DNA of 63,840 bases, filler included, from Chiloscyllium plagiosum (GCF_004010195.1; 5 parts of one record of this genome joined end to end with filler, not necessarily neighbours in it), one strand, 5' to 3'; counted from the first letter of the whole stretch, positions 1 to 12,659 are shown. Notes: generated by a model not told the origin, from the sequence alone. A program made the numbers and translations.

Positions 1-159
1 ACAAAAATGGCAATAGTCATGCGTGATCTTAACTTCCCATCTAAAACTCTCGGTTCCATTGTAAAAATGTTTGGAGAACCATAATCAAAAACATCCACAT
101 GTCCCATAAAACATTACGAGGGATATCTTGGTAATTGATTACTCTACTGGTGACTTAAT

Positions 160-400
160 TTTCCTATTTTCTTGGAAACCATTTCGATCATTGTGAGCAT
201 CAGAAAAGGCTTTCTTTTGCCAGCAAGAAATAAATATGTTCGTTTCATGTATAAGAACACTCTGCACTGCACTCTGCACTGCACATCCTTTGCGTTTCTA
301 TCGATTTTAATAGTAGCGTGTCTTTTGATTCATCCCAACAAAGTATATGACCTCGCATCCCCTACATGAAACTGCATCTGCCAAGAATACTCCAATTGTT
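160..400 (-). mobile_element. CR1-type LINE ORF2 C-terminal fragment (degenerate)
   Basis: Minus-strand translation of the paralogous copy (ORF 23307..23660) gives WQMQFHVGNARSYTLLGR, resembling the CR1 WQMxFNxxKC motif. Confidence 0.6.
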
Positions 401-404
401 GGCG

Positions 405-636
405 GGAATCCTGAGGAACAGAATGTGCATGTATTTGGAAAGACAAGGACTGATTCGGGACAGTTAACATGGCTTTGTGCGTGGGCAATCATGTCTCACA
501 AATTTGATTGAGTTTTTTGAAGAAGTAACAAAGAAGATTGATGAGGGCAGATCAGTGAATGTGATCTATATGGACTTCAGTAAGGCGTTCAACAATGTTC
601 CCATGGGAGACTGATTGGCAAGGTTAGATCTCATGT
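405..636 (+). mobile_element. CR1 LINE reverse transcriptase fragment
   Basis: Encodes LERQGLIRDS(*)HGFVRGQSCLTNLIEFFEEVTKKIDEGRSVNVIYMDFSKAF, a typical CR1 RT segment. Paralogue at ~23600-23825. Confidence 0.9.
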
Positions 637-719
637 AACAGCAGTGGACCTAACACCGACCCTTGTGGTACGCCGCCAGTACATGGACACCAAGAAGAAC
701 ATGTTCCATTAACTACAAC

Positions 720-2112
720 ACTGTTTTATATTCGCAAGTCAATTACTGATCAAAGCTGCAATCTCTCCCACAATTCCATTCCACCGCATTTTGTATAATA
801 GCCTATTGTGGGGAACCTTATCGAACAACGTTTTGAAACCCATATACACCACATCAATCGGTTTACTGTAATCTCCCTGTTTGGTCACTTTGTCAAAAAA
901 GTCAATAAGATTCGTTAGGCAAGGCCGACCCATCACAAAACCGTGCTGACTGTCCCTGATCAGATTATTCTTTTCTAGATGGTCATAAATCCTATCCATA
1001 ATAACCTTTTCCAACACGTTACCAACAACTACAGTGAGACTCACTGGTCTGTAATTACCAGGGTTGTCTCTACGACACTGTTTGAACACGGGAACAACAT
1101 ATGCTATGCTCCATTCCACAGGCACTATGCCTGTAGACAACGATGATTTGACGATCGACGCTAAAGGCTCATCAATCTCTTCCCTTGTTTCCCAGAGGAT
1201 CCTAGGACAGATCCCATCCGGCCCAGGGGACTTGTCTGTTATATCACTCTCCAATATTTCTATCACCTAAAACTTGTGAACCTCAATCTCTACTTCTCTA
1301 GACGCAAGTATCTCAGTATCTTCCTCGCCAACATTTTCATTTTCTATAGCGAACACTGTCGAAAAATATTTATTTAGCGCTTCCCCTGTCTCCTCTGACT
1401 CCAGACACAACTTCGCACTATTATCTTTGATTTTCCGAAATTTAACTCTCGTCATTCTTTTATTCCTGGCATACCTATGGAAAGCCTTAGAGTTAACCCT
1501 GAACCTATATGCCAACAACTTCTCATGTCTCCTCCTGGCTCTTCTCAGCCCCCTTTTCAGTCTTTCCTGATATCGTTGGAACCCTCGAGCGCTCTAACTG
1601 AGTTTTCACATTTTGTCCTAACATAAGACTTCTTGTTCTTCTTGACCAGGGATTCCACTTCCTTAGTAAACCACGGCTCACGCGTTCTATATCTTCCTCC
1701 CTGCCTGACAGGTACATACTTATCTAGGACACACAGGAGCTTTTCCTTGAATAAACTCCACATTTTAATGTGCTCACCCCCTGCAGGTTCCTACCCAATT
1801 CTACGCTTCCTAAATCTTACCTCGACACATCGTAATTTCTCTTCCACCAGCTGAAACTCTTGCTCCGTGGAGTTCAACTATCCCTTTCAATCACGAAAGT
1901 AAACCTGAGAGAATTGTGATCGTTGTCTCCAAAGTGCTCATCTACTTCCGAATCTAAAACCTGGCTAGGCTCGTTACCCAGTACTAAATCGAAAGTGGCT
2001 TCGTCCCTTGAAGGCATGTCCACATACTGTGTCAGGAAGCCCTGCAGCACGCACTGGGCAAAAACTGACCCATCTATAGTACTCGGACTGTAGTGATCCC
2101 AGTCAATATTTG
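720..2112 (-). mobile_element. Truncated, frameshifted CR1 LINE ORF2 (endonuclease end, tether, RT N-terminus)
   Basis: ORF fragments FLTQYVDMPSRDEATFDLVLGNEP..GDNDHNSLRF; WSLFKEKLLCVLDKYVP; KSPGPDGICPRIL..NPGNYRPVSLT..IRDSQHGF..CLTNLIDFF. Partial copy at ~23900-24204. Confidence 0.95.
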
Positions 2113-2849
2113 GATATTGTCTTGAGTTTTTCACTGTCCCAGAGTCCAGATGAAGTTTGCATTCCTCACGCACTTGAGCGAGAATTCTTTCAATGTCTCA
2201 GATCAGTTCCTGTCCCGAGAACATCAGAGTCAATGTCGCGTCCTCTACTCGGTCCGACAGTTCACACTTCTTCATCCTCCTCTGATTCCATTTCCCAAAG
2301 AGTTTCTCAAGATTTCCAAAGCAGGAGCCTAAATTATATAGTTTGCTTCTTAAACATTTATCGAACTTCAACTTACAATATTTTCACAGTATCTCTTCAC
2401 AATCCTCTGGCTTGCACCATGTCTGGGGATGAGAAGTCGCGTTTGGTGGAGAGATTCCAGAGGCTGGTGAGTTTCACTTTGGAACAAAGATGGTAAAGTG
2501 GCAATTTCCGGCGGTTGTTTGTAATGATGAGAGAGGTAGCGGTGGAGAATGAGCACTTTGACGAGCAGGAGGAAGTGTTGCCACTGACCCGAGTCAGAGA
2601 ACAGAGGACAGGGATTAAAGGAATCTAATGAAAAGCAACACTTCTGCTTAGGACGTTCAATAACAACTGCAGAAACCCGATGTGTCGAGCAGTGCATCTG
2701 GAAAGAAAAACAGAGATAATGTTTTAAATATGAAACATTTCCGATGAAGAACTCGAGTTTCCCAAGTCTCATCAAATTACCGGCCTGGTTTGCAAAAGAG
2801 GTTTTCTGAACTTTGTACGAAAATTGTTCTCGCAGGAAGGCATTCATAA

Positions 2850-2931
2850 CGTAGTCAGCAGGACTCGAACCTACGTGGGGAAACCCCAATGGATTTCTAA
2901 TCCATCGCCTTAACCACTCGGCCATGACTAC
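2850..2931 (-). tRNA. tRNA-Ser(AGA), apparently intact
   Basis: Minus strand reads GTAGTCATGGCCGAGTGGTTAAGGCGATGGATTAGAAATCCATTGGGGTTTCCCCACGTAGGTTCGAGTCCTGCTGACTACG. Acceptor stem fully paired, A and B boxes intact, variable arm GGGG/CCCC, anticodon AGA. T4 run at 2820-2823 could terminate Pol III. Confidence 0.9.
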
Positions 2932-3224
2932 AGACCGCGCAGTAGACTTGAGCATTGACCAAATCAGCCGTGATCTCATTGAAAGCTGTCGCTGACTTGA
3001 TGAGCTAAATGCTTCCATCTCCTTTCATACCTTTGGTGTCATTTGGAAAGTGCGAGACACCAATGTAAAAGAAAAGCACAAAGGTAGGAAAAGATATTTG
3101 CAGCCAAACTGAGTCAAAATTATTTATTGAAAGGAAAATCACACTTGGCAATGCGGAGGTACAGACATGAAACCGCTAGAGATGGAGTTCTTGAATTGTG
3201 AACCAGCGACACTGAAGGATCTCG

Positions 3225-3405
3225 GCAAAAGTGAGGACTGCAGATGCTGGAAACCAGATTTTAGATCAGAGTCATGCCGGATAAGCACAGCAGGTCAGGC
3301 AGCATCCGAAGAGCAGGCAAGTCGACCTTTCTATTGCCAGTCCTGCTGCGTTCCGCAAACAATTTTCGTTTTTGGCTCAGATTTCCAGAAACTGCAGCTA
3401 TTGTT
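3225..3405. repeat. Pair of oppositely oriented short PLE-3'-derived repeats
   Basis: GTGAGGACTGCAGATGCTGG..AAGCACAGCAGGTCAGGCAGCATCCG..GTCGAC followed by an opposite-orientation degenerate copy. Paralogue at ~48035-48215. Confidence 0.6.
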
Positions 3406-4033
3406 TTATGTTAACCTTCATAATGTTTTGGACAAAACCAATGACCTGCCAGCATCGGAAAAACGGCAGAAGTACTGGTACACCGATATGTTTGATGAAC
3501 AATACAACCATTCCATGACCGGGAATACGATCCTGGCCACGGTGCTGAGAGTACCGAATCCTCACAAGTAAATCCTCACAAGAACATTTTCGTTGCAGAT
3601 CATTTTCAACTTGTCTTCGAAGATTTACAAAGTGTGAAAAGGCCATTCCGTCCTTTGTGGTTTGCGGCTAATCAGAGAGCCATCTATTCTAGTCGCAGTT
3701 TCCAACTTTGGCCCAAAGTTTGTTCATGGTGTCATGCAGAAACTCAGCGAGTTCACACAGACATTTCTGTGTGTGCAGAATGATTTGCCACATTTAAGGC
3801 AAATTCAATGGCATCCGAATGGGTATATACACAGGAAGCGTTCGGAGAGATAAGGAACACATTTTGTCAAATATGGTTCAATTAATTTCGGTTATCTGTT
3901 CAGCAGGGACATGTTCGATAGGAGGGTCTTTTTCCGAGCTCGGCAACTTTGATGTGCTCCCGCAGCTGACACCAGTTTTAATGGACCATTTGCAGAAAAA
4001 TGCACTATTTTTGTTATGCAGTCAGCGCGTTTT

Positions 4034-4337
4034 CCTATATTTCTGGAGGGTGGATAGGACGAGTTGACCCAGCGATGAGGGTCTTTCCGGACCTTTGCTG
4101 CCAATGACCATTCGTTTGGCACCTTCCCAACTTTACCATCAAAGAGTTTGGCTGAAGAATAATACCGCACGGATAATGTTACCCCCTATATTTCCGGAGG
4201 GTGGATGGGACGAGTTGACCCAGCGATGAGGGTTTTTCCGGACTTTTGCTGCCAATCACCATTCGTTTGGCACCTTCCCAACTTTGCCATCAAACAGTTT
4301 GGCTGAAGAATAATACCGCACCGGTAATGTTACCCCC
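4034..4337 (+). repeat. Local tandem duplication, period 151 bp, 2 copies
   Basis: CCTATATTTC(T/C)GGAGGGTGGAT..AATGTTACCC starts at both 4034 and 4185 with only scattered substitutions. Confidence 0.9.
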
Positions 4338-5119
4338 CTCAGCTCTCCAACGAATCCAGAAACTGACAGCTCTTCATGTGGAACAGAAGCAAAACAGAAA
4401 GGGTGGCCCATTGCCAGACACACCGAAGCATGCATGCTGCCTTTGTTGCAGTGCAAGCCGATTATGTCATGAACTGCTCAGAGAAACGGCAGCGAGGCAA
4501 TTCAGGACATACTGGAGATTTAGTGCATTGCCAAGTCACAGGAAGTGCTCAACAAACATAAAACAAAACGGAACAGCAATAACCCATGAAAAATGAAGTT
4601 TACCAATTGCACTCGTGATGAAATTAGGTCAACAATGCGCTGATGGCTCCATCTGATCGAGAGGACCAATCACCAGCCCACTTCACCAGGACAGTCATGA
4701 AGAAAATGAGGGAAATACAAAAACCATTTCTCATCGCGATTGCCAACCTTTTCGCCACTGCAACAACAAAAACGGCGAGCAGATACAATGCAGAATCTGG
4801 TTTCATATCAGCAATGAAATAGTAATATCCATTCACTTTCAGTGAAAATGGAAATTGTCTGAAATGTGAATACCCAGCGCAGGCTACTTGGTTCCCCGAT
4901 TATACTGCTGCACAGACTTTCATATTTAAAGGTACCTTTCAAAGGGAGTGTTTGTGGCTGTCCATATGACAATGGAAATTGTTGCCCTCGCTCTCACTGC
5001 CATTATTGATCGTGTTGGGTTTGGCATCCTCACCTTGCACGCGGGAGTTCAGTGTACAATTCTCTGCTGTGAAAAATCGGAGTGCTTTGGAGCAGAAAGA
5101 TGCGAAGCTCGTGTACTTC

Positions 5120-5835
5120 ATGGAGATGTTGTTGGAATGTTTTGCGGTGCTGGGAAGTGGGTTCCTCACAGTTCTGGGTAACATTCTCAGGGTTGCAGAG
5201 CCTGTTGTGAGGCCTACTGTCCTGTGGCGTTTGGAATTGATTTAGTTTCATTGTCGCTGGGTTCGGCTGTTGGTGTTGCAGATTGGATCCTGATTAATGT
5301 GTTTATTGATGGAATCCGTGGATGGGTGCCCTGCTTCTAGAAAATCTCTGGCTGCCTACCGATTGCCATGTTCTATTACTGTTGTGCTGCTCTCGAGGAT
5401 GCTTGCTGTCTGTACGTATAGCTACTCGGGACAGCTAGCCGTGGCAATTAGTGACGGCCACACAAATTCTTTGCCAAGAATATGTATCCCACAACTGCAT
5501 TCCCAGTTGTCTGGCACACTAAATTGTCAATTAGGATATGCCATAAAGCAATTGAAACACCATGCTTCCCTTTTTTAAAATAAATTTCTGGAAACTGATA
5601 GCCAGACTCCTCTGAACACACGAACTTAGGACAGCACATAAACCAACAGCCTCGCTGATGGAAAGCTCACCAGAAAGCAATATCCAATGCCCATCTTGTG
5701 CAGGACAAATGTGGTTGTCAAGATTCCATGCAGGGACTGCACGAAACACTATATCGGAGAAACAGTCGGACAACTAGCGAGCTCTAAACATGAACTTCAG
5801 CCAGCCCGTATACGCCACGGGCAGATGTTCTTGTA
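5120..5835. mobile_element. Old Penelope-like element relic with inverted 3' end (GIY-YIG endonuclease)
   Basis: Minus ~5260-5460 encodes AARDFLEAGHPSTDSINKHINQDPIC. Plus ~5690-5830 encodes PILCRTNVVVKIPCRDCTKHYIGET. Both are homologous to the younger PLE at 50564-51004. Paralogues at ~16000-16470 (-), ~21900-22580 and ~25050-25750. Confidence 0.85.
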
Positions 5836-7354
5836 GTTGTATGTAGGGCATTGAGTGTTTCTGATTTAGGGGCTTGGACCGTCTGCAGCGCTGGTTAACT
5901 CCTTGTGTTGTAACTACTGTTGGAACATATGTAAAACTCGATTGCTCATTGAGATGTACATCCAAAATATTAGCCGAGAGAAGTATTTTGGTGGTTTTTC
6001 TGGTGCTGTTCCTGTCATGCCCTCAGGAACTTGACTTTTTGTGTGCTTCCTGACTGTTCGGTGCATGCTTCCGTGATCGTATTTTGGGCAGAAACCTGCG
6101 TTTTAGCTTCAATAACGTGCGTTTGCAAACCTGGTACACCTCCCTGTATTTTGTTATCTCTTATTGTGTGCAATTGCAACACGGCAAATTATTAATTTAC
6201 ATTAGAAGGTGACAAACGGAGGCGTGTGAAATGTCAAGGTATTAGTGACATTTATCAATTGGTTACATATTACTTTGATTCAGGAGATAAGGATGTAAAA
6301 CGTGTTTGTGTAGAAATGAGGAGCAGTGAGGAAAGAAGCCATCTGCAGGTGTAGTTTACAAATGCACTCGCAGTAACCACTACGTACAAGAAAGAAATAC
6401 TACATGTGAGTGATAAAAGATGGCAATAGTTACGGGTGATCTTAGTTTCCCATCTCCCACTCACGGTTCAATGGTAAAAAAAAAGTTTGGATGACAATAA
6501 TCAATAAATCATATCTGTCCCAGAGAACAACGCGAGCCATATTTTGGTCATCGATTAGTTTACAGCTGACTTAGTATCTGTCTTTTCTTGGAAACCATCT
6601 CCTTTGTTGTGACCATCAGGAAAGATATTACTTTTGACATAAAGAAAATGAAGATTATGTCACTAATCTTTGTTTGTTTCATGCCCAAGTACAATCAGAC
6701 GACCTTGATCAACTCTGCTAGTCATGCTAGCAAAGAAATTTGGAAACATGCCAAGTGTGATTTTTCGCTCAATAAATAATTTTGATTCAGTTTGACTGAA
6801 ACCACCTCGACCTAAAGTTGTGCTTTTCTTCTTTTATAATGGTGTCCAGTATCTTCCAAATGACGGCAAAGATACGAGAGCAGATGGAAGCAATTTAACC
6901 TATCAAGTCTGCGACAAAATTCAATGAGATCATGGCTGATTTGGTTAATTCTCAACCTCCGTTTTTATGCTCATCTCCGTGATGCTCCATGTCTGTCTAT
7001 CACAGCCTTGAATACACCTCGCCTTCACAGCCCTCTGTTGTTTGGAAACCCACAGATTTGCTACCCTCTGAAAGAGTGAATATCCTCCTTATCATTTTCT
7101 TAAATGTTTTATCCCTTCAGCTGTGAGAACGCACTCTCGTCCCAATTTCCCGGGGGTGTACATCAGAGCAGAATAAGCCCCTGAAAGTAGGTCTGCACTC
7201 TCCAGTGCCGCTCCGTGTATTTGAAACATTTTCATATTTTGACCTCTGATTAAAAATAGTAGACCTAATTTGCACATCAGATTTGCCAGTGGTGAATTTT
7301 TTCAAGAAGACTTCAATGAGCGTAATTCTACTGGCAGTGAATAGGGCTAGACAA

Positions 7355-7550
7355 ATTAGATTACTTACAGTGGGGAAACGGGTCCTTCGGGGCAACAAGT
7401 CCACACCGCCGCGCCGAAGCACAACCCACCCATACCCCTACATTTACCCCTTACTTANNNNNNNNNNNNNNNNNNNNNNNNNNNNNNNNNNNNNNNNNNN
7501 NNNNNNNNNNNNNNNNNNNNNNNNTTAACCACTGTGCCACCGTGCCGCCC
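7355..7550 (-). mobile_element. HE1-like tRNA-derived SINE (interrupted by N gap)
   Basis: Head GGGCGGCACGGTGGCACAGTGGTTAA and tail ..CTGTAAGTAATCTAAT on the minus strand. The complete paralogue is at 27210-27522. Confidence 0.9.
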
Positions 7551-7670
7551 TAATGCAAGGACATTTTTCTTTCGCGATCCAGTGCTGTGTTTATTCACCT
7601 CTCTGCACATGAAAATGGATCCTACCTATCCACTTTATCTCTCGTCAATATGTGTGCATTTCAAATTGAT

Positions 7671-7910
7671 GCGGCCATGACTACACGCGCGCAATGCTGT
7701 CTTAGTATGTCTTATGTAATGGAAAGTTCCAACCTGAAACACCAGGATTTGGCTTTTCTTGGCACCCAGCATCCTCCTCCTTTCGAAAGCAAGAGAGTGT
7801 GACAGCGAATACTGGAGTACCAGGAAAAGCCAAATCCTGGTGTTCAGGTTGGAACTTTCCGTGACATAAGACATACTAAGACAGCATTGCACGCGTGTAG
7901 TCATGGCCGC
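7671..7910. repeat. ~100-bp inverted repeat (fold-back) overlapping the 5' end of a tRNA-Ser pseudogene
   Basis: Arm 7671-7772 (GCGGCCATGACTACACGC..CAGCAT) is the reverse complement of arm 7809-7910 with about 8 differences. Spacer 36 bp. Confidence 0.95.
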
Positions 7911-7978
7911 GTGATACAAGTGATGGATTAGAAATCCATTGGGGCTTCCCTCCGCAGGTTCGAATTCTGCTGGCTCAG
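7897..7978 (+). pseudogene. tRNA-Ser(AGA) pseudogene
   Basis: GTAGTCATGGCCGCGTGATACAAGTGATGGATTAGAAATCCATTGGGGCTTCCCTCCGCAGGTTCGAATTCTGCTGGCTCAG. Anticodon arm intact; D arm/A box and 3' acceptor strand damaged. Confidence 0.85.
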
Positions 7979-9630
7979 TTTTCAGTGATGTCATGCAGGA
8001 CGAGTTTTCACTCACAGTTCAGAAATCTCGTCTCAACAAACAAGACCAGTCAGTTTATTAGACTTAGCAAACTCAATGTATTAATTAAAAATGCAACACA
8101 CTTAAAATATTATCTCCGTTTCTCTTTTCACAGTTACTGCCAGACCCATCGAGATTTTGCAGTATTCTTTGAATGTACCGTGCAGAAGTGCTGCTTTTGA
8201 ACAGATTCCTTTTACCCCAGTCCTCCGTTCACTAACTCTGGTCAGTGGCAACTCTCTCCCCCGCTCGTCGAAGAGCCAATCCCCGCCACTAATTTTCCCA
8301 TCATTATAAATAGCCTCAGGAAATTGCTGACAAACCATCTTTGCTCCAAAGCGAAACTCACCAACATCGGGAATCCCTCCACACAACGGGACTTCTCATC
8401 CCTGGACATGGTGAAATACAAACGATTGTGAACAGAATTTGGAAAAATATTGTCACTTGTCAGGTAAAAAAAATGTTAAGAAGGCAAAACACGTCACCCA
8501 GTCTCCAGCTTTGTGAATCTTCAGAAACTCTTTGGGAAAGGGACTCAGAGGAGAATGAAGAAGGGTGAATTGTCAGACTGATCGGAAAAAGTCAGGACAA
8601 CTTCCCGTTCTTTAAGAGGATGGGACATTTTTCTGATATTCTCAGGATAAGAACTGATTGGAGACATTGAAGTAATTCTCGGTCCTGTACATGAGGAATA
8701 CAAACCTTATATGGACACAGGGACAATGAAAATACTCGATACCACACAAGATACTGAGAGGTTCGAAGAGAGATGTTCCCGATTGGAGCAGAGCTGGTGC
8801 CCAGTGACATGGGTGTGTCTGTCGTGGATGGGATCAGACTGTTCCCATGTCGCCATTATGAATGTCCCAGTCCTTATTTCGGAAAAGTAAAACTGACAGA
8901 GGACAGTTGTCGTTCTGGGAATGGCAGCCTGAAGTGGGAGGTCAATCACAGACTGCTTTCGAGGATCGTCCAAGGTGTTAGGTTGGAAGTATCAGCTCAT
9001 TCGACTGTTAACTGAAATGTTACTGGTTCAAAGGCCCCAGNNNNNNNNNNNNNNNNNNNNNNNNNNNNNNNNNNNNNNNNNNNNNNNNNNNNNNNNNNNN
9101 NNNNNNNNNNNNNNNNNNNNNNNNNNNNNNNNNNNNNNNNNNNNNNNNNNNNNNNNNNNNNNNNNNNNNNNNNNNNNNNNNNNNNNNNNNNNNNNNNNNN
9201 NNNNNNNNNNNNNNNNNNNNNNNNNNNNNNNNNNNNNNNNNNNNNNNNNNNNNNNNNNNNNNNNNNNNNNNNNNNNNNNNNNNNNNNNNNNNNNNNNNNN
9301 NNNNNNNNNNNNNNNNNNNNNNNNNNNNNNNNNNNNNNNNNNNNNNNNNNNNNNNNNNNNNNNNNNNNNNNNNNNNNNNNNNNNNNNNNNNNNNNNNNNN
9401 NNNNNNNNNNNNNNNNNNNNNNNNNNNNNNNNNNNNNNNNNNNNNNNNNNNNNNNNNNNNNNNNNNNNNNNNNNNNNNNNNNNNNNNNNNNNNNNNNNNN
9501 NNNNNNNNNNNNNNNNNNNNNNNNNNNNNNNNNNNNNNNNNNNNNNNNNNNNNNNNNNNNNNNNNNNNNNNNNNNNNNNNNNNNNNNNNNNNNNNNNNNN
9601 NNNNNNNNNNNNNNNNNNNNNNNNNNNNNN

Positions 9631-11090
9631 NAAGGATATCCTCATGATGATGGGGTACATGTTGAACTGATTGATCGCCAATTCCGGTGTGCCACAGTGA
9701 AAATCTGCTGTGAACTCGTCAGAAGACAGACAGAGGATGCGACTGATAGAGTATCTTTCATCGTCAGTACTTTCCTGGAGTTCAGCACGTTCTTCACAGG
9801 ATTCAGCATGTCACCGATGATGATGAGCATCTCACTAAGAACATCCCCATGACTTCAATTCTCACCTTCAAACACCCAGCAAAATTATAACATACGACCG
9901 TTTACAGTAAACTACTCAACCTTCACATAGCATTAACCACGACACCACAGCACCATGCCTTCGCAACCTTTGCAAGACATGGACACTACCATCACCCGTT
10001 GGTACCACGTACACGACAGGTACTCATGTGACTCAGGCAATGTTGTTTTTCACATGCAGCAGGCAATGATACCACAAGATACCACAAGATACTCAGTAAT
10101 GGTATATTGGCGAGACCATGCAGATGGTGTGCCAGTGGATGAAAGGTAACGGCATAACATTTGCCAGACAGGATTATTCACACCCAGTCGGGGAAGAGTT
10201 CAGCAATCAAGGACATTTGGTTTTCAATCTTCGACTAAATGTCGGCCAAGGCGGCTTTCGAGGTACACAACAACGCAAAATCGCCAAACAGAATTGGATT
10301 GCCAACTGCCTTAGTTGTGGTGATGGCATCAACCATGATATTCGGTTAATGTCACACCACATGTGACCCACCACACTTTTCTGTATCTATGAAATCTTCC
10401 TTATTGTTCTGTTTTCACACCATCACCGTGACAAGTTGTTATTGTCTCTCTACCTTAATCACTTTGTTCAATATTGGCTTACTGATAATTTGGGTCAGAC
10501 TCGCGGCATGCGACGATAGCCAAATAAAAATCAGAAGAACTGGGAATGCTGTAAACCAGGAGCAAGGGCAAAGGTTACTGGGCGGGGTGGGGAAACGGGA
10601 CTCGGGCATCGTGGCGAAGGGGGCAGGTGTTTCGCTGCTCTGGGGATATCTGTGGAGGAACATGAGAGTTAATGTTTCGGAACTGGTTCCCCTTCCTCTG
10701 GTGTTTTTGTTGTGGAGCGGTTTTCCAGTTGCTTCTGTTTCTGTTCCATGTCATTCCAGTGCCTTGACTTGTCTCCAGTACGACTTTATTTTAACGGTTT
10801 GTAATTATCTCTCTGCCTCACTTTGTTGGATCATAGGTCAACCATTCTATTGACGCTCAGTTATTGACACATTACTCACACTGTCTGACACAATTGTTCA
10901 CTTGCAGAGATAAAGTCTTTGACACTCAGCTCCCACAATTTTCCTGATATTTTGATCTGTCTGCCCTTGATCTCTCTTCCCTTAAATTCAGTGTTCTGTG
11001 TTATTCCCTCCCACTTCACCTAACGAAAGGGCTCTGGTCCGAAATCTTGTGATTTCAAATAAACATGTGCATCTATAACCTGGTGTGATT
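9631..11090 (+). mobile_element. Penelope-like element relic (RT C-terminus, GIY-YIG region, 3' end with decayed hammerhead)
   Basis: Encodes ELIDRQFRCAT..MDTTITR..HVHDRYSCDSGNVVF..HPVGEEFSNQGH..QGGFRGTQQRKIAKQNWIA..DGINHD. The 3' end CCTAACGAAAGGGCTCTGGTCCGAAATCTTGTGATTTCAAATAAAC resembles a decayed CTGANGA..GAAA core. Confidence 0.8.
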
Positions 11091-11409
11091 TCTGAATTGG
11101 TCCATCGCAGTCCAAAACCGCAACCTCCACAGCAGGTACACGGAAACACCACTGCACGCACTTTCCCCTCCACACTATGTTCAAGCTCATTTACTCCTGT
11201 TGCCTCATGTAATTCTGAACTTGTTGTTGTTCATGATGAAATCTTAAGGTTCAAGCGGTTCTTTTGCAATGTATGTACTTTGCAATGTGGTTCAATTTCA
11301 AAGAAAACATACTTCAAGGGACGATATATGCTTCAAAGCTTTGCCTGAGTTGTTTAAATGTCATTTATCTTGAACCCAGTGAGCTGACGGAAGAATAAAC
11401 ATGCTTTAC

Positions 11410-11705
11410 ACTTCTACCACACGGTGCCAGGGACCCAGTTCAATTCCAGCCTGTGGCGACTGTCTGTATGGTGCTTGTACTCCTCCCATGTGTGCGTGGG
11501 TTTTCCTCCCACATTATGAAAACTGTGTAGTTTCGGTGGATTGCCAAATGGAAAAATACCCAATTTGTCCAGGTATGTGGACTTCAGTTTATTTCGTTGT
11601 GAGAAACTGGAAGGGGATCGATTAGGAAGTGGATTTTGTTGGGATAAGCTTCACTGCTTTGGTGTGGGCTTGATAGACCGAACGGCCTACTTCCACACAA
11701 TTGGG
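11410..11705 (+). mobile_element. Degenerate HE1-like SINE
   Basis: CCAGGGACCCAGTTCAATTCCAGCCTGTGGCGACTGTCTGTATGG..CTTCCACACAATTGGGATT. Paralogue at ~31200-31500. Confidence 0.75.
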
Positions 11706-12659
11706 ATTTTACGAAAATTATTGCGATCGTGCGATTTTCCGGACAGTCCGAAAGATAAATAATGTTTCCAGGTGTCGTTTTGAATGTCTGCAAACGATAT
11801 TCCAATTCTCACACAGGAGCTACACCTCGAAGTGTGCACTTATGCAATTTAAAGTTGTGCATTCAGTGTTCACGCTTCGGAAATCACAGCTTTTTACCAT
11901 TAAGATCAAATCTTGTGTTTCTTAATCTATATCATAAACAGTCGAATTAGTCTCATTTATCTACAATTAATGCATGTACTTCAAACTGATTGGAATGGTA
12001 ACTTCTCAGATTCAGGTTCATTTTGATCGTGGATAGGTAGATGATAACCACTCTTCCCATCATCCCAAGTGGATTTGCAAGGCTTCGATCACCAACGCTG
12101 AGCCGTGCTGCTCCCTGGGAGAGAGTGAAGCGCGGTGATGGCCTGTTCGGTGACATCATACATGTATTTGTCTCCAGTTAGTTTCTATGGAGTAGGATTG
12201 ACAATGAGGGGAAGTTCGAAGGCAAGAGCTGATTCTGGGAGGGGAAGCCTCTTGAAGAGGTTTTGGCAGTACCTGAGAGATTTTCCAAACTTCAAACAGG
12301 CAAAGCCATTGAAAAAAATCTTGGGGGATGCCTTCTAACAGGAGAATGGTGTAACCGAAAATATATAACATAGCCTAAATGAAGATAAATACCGCAGTCT
12401 TAGCAGGACGAATGGTAAGAAGAGCATATTTGTTTGAGGACTTCCTGCTGCAGCCTTTAAGTAGCGCAGCTTAGTCAGCTGCTCATAAATGATGATAAAA
12501 CATCTGTCCTTTAACTGATCACCTTCAGCCACGTGCTGGAGTATGTCTAGTCTACTTATGTCTACCTTTTGCTACAAAATGGCTATGGAGACGTGTATGT
12601 CTTTGATATCAGGATTATTCGGAAGAATGGCTCCACTAAGGTTTGAAGTTAGCTTTCGT

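Noticed and set aside
2698..2722. Splice-acceptor-like pyrimidine tract + CAG on the minus strand, conserved in cassette copies
   Set aside because: It matches the PLE 3' repeat (CTCTGTTTCTC..CAGATGCTGCC). The candidate GTAAGT donor at 2371-2376 is not conserved in paralogues.
2368..3018. 216-aa minus-strand ORF (and relatives at 14953-15411 and 46672-47538)
   Set aside because: It reads through a CR1 tail, the tRNA-Ser gene and a PLE-derived repeat. It has no recognisable domain and its ends differ between copies.
11870..11945. U2 snRNA-like words (CGCTTC..CTTTT..TAAGATCAA)
   Set aside because: The match is short and gapped; the branch-point recognition sequence and Sm site are absent.
12453..12495. 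Possible tRNA-Met 5' relic (GCCT..TAGCGCAG..GTCAG..CTCATAA)
   Set aside because: Too short and gapped, with no T arm; it cannot be separated from chance by eye.
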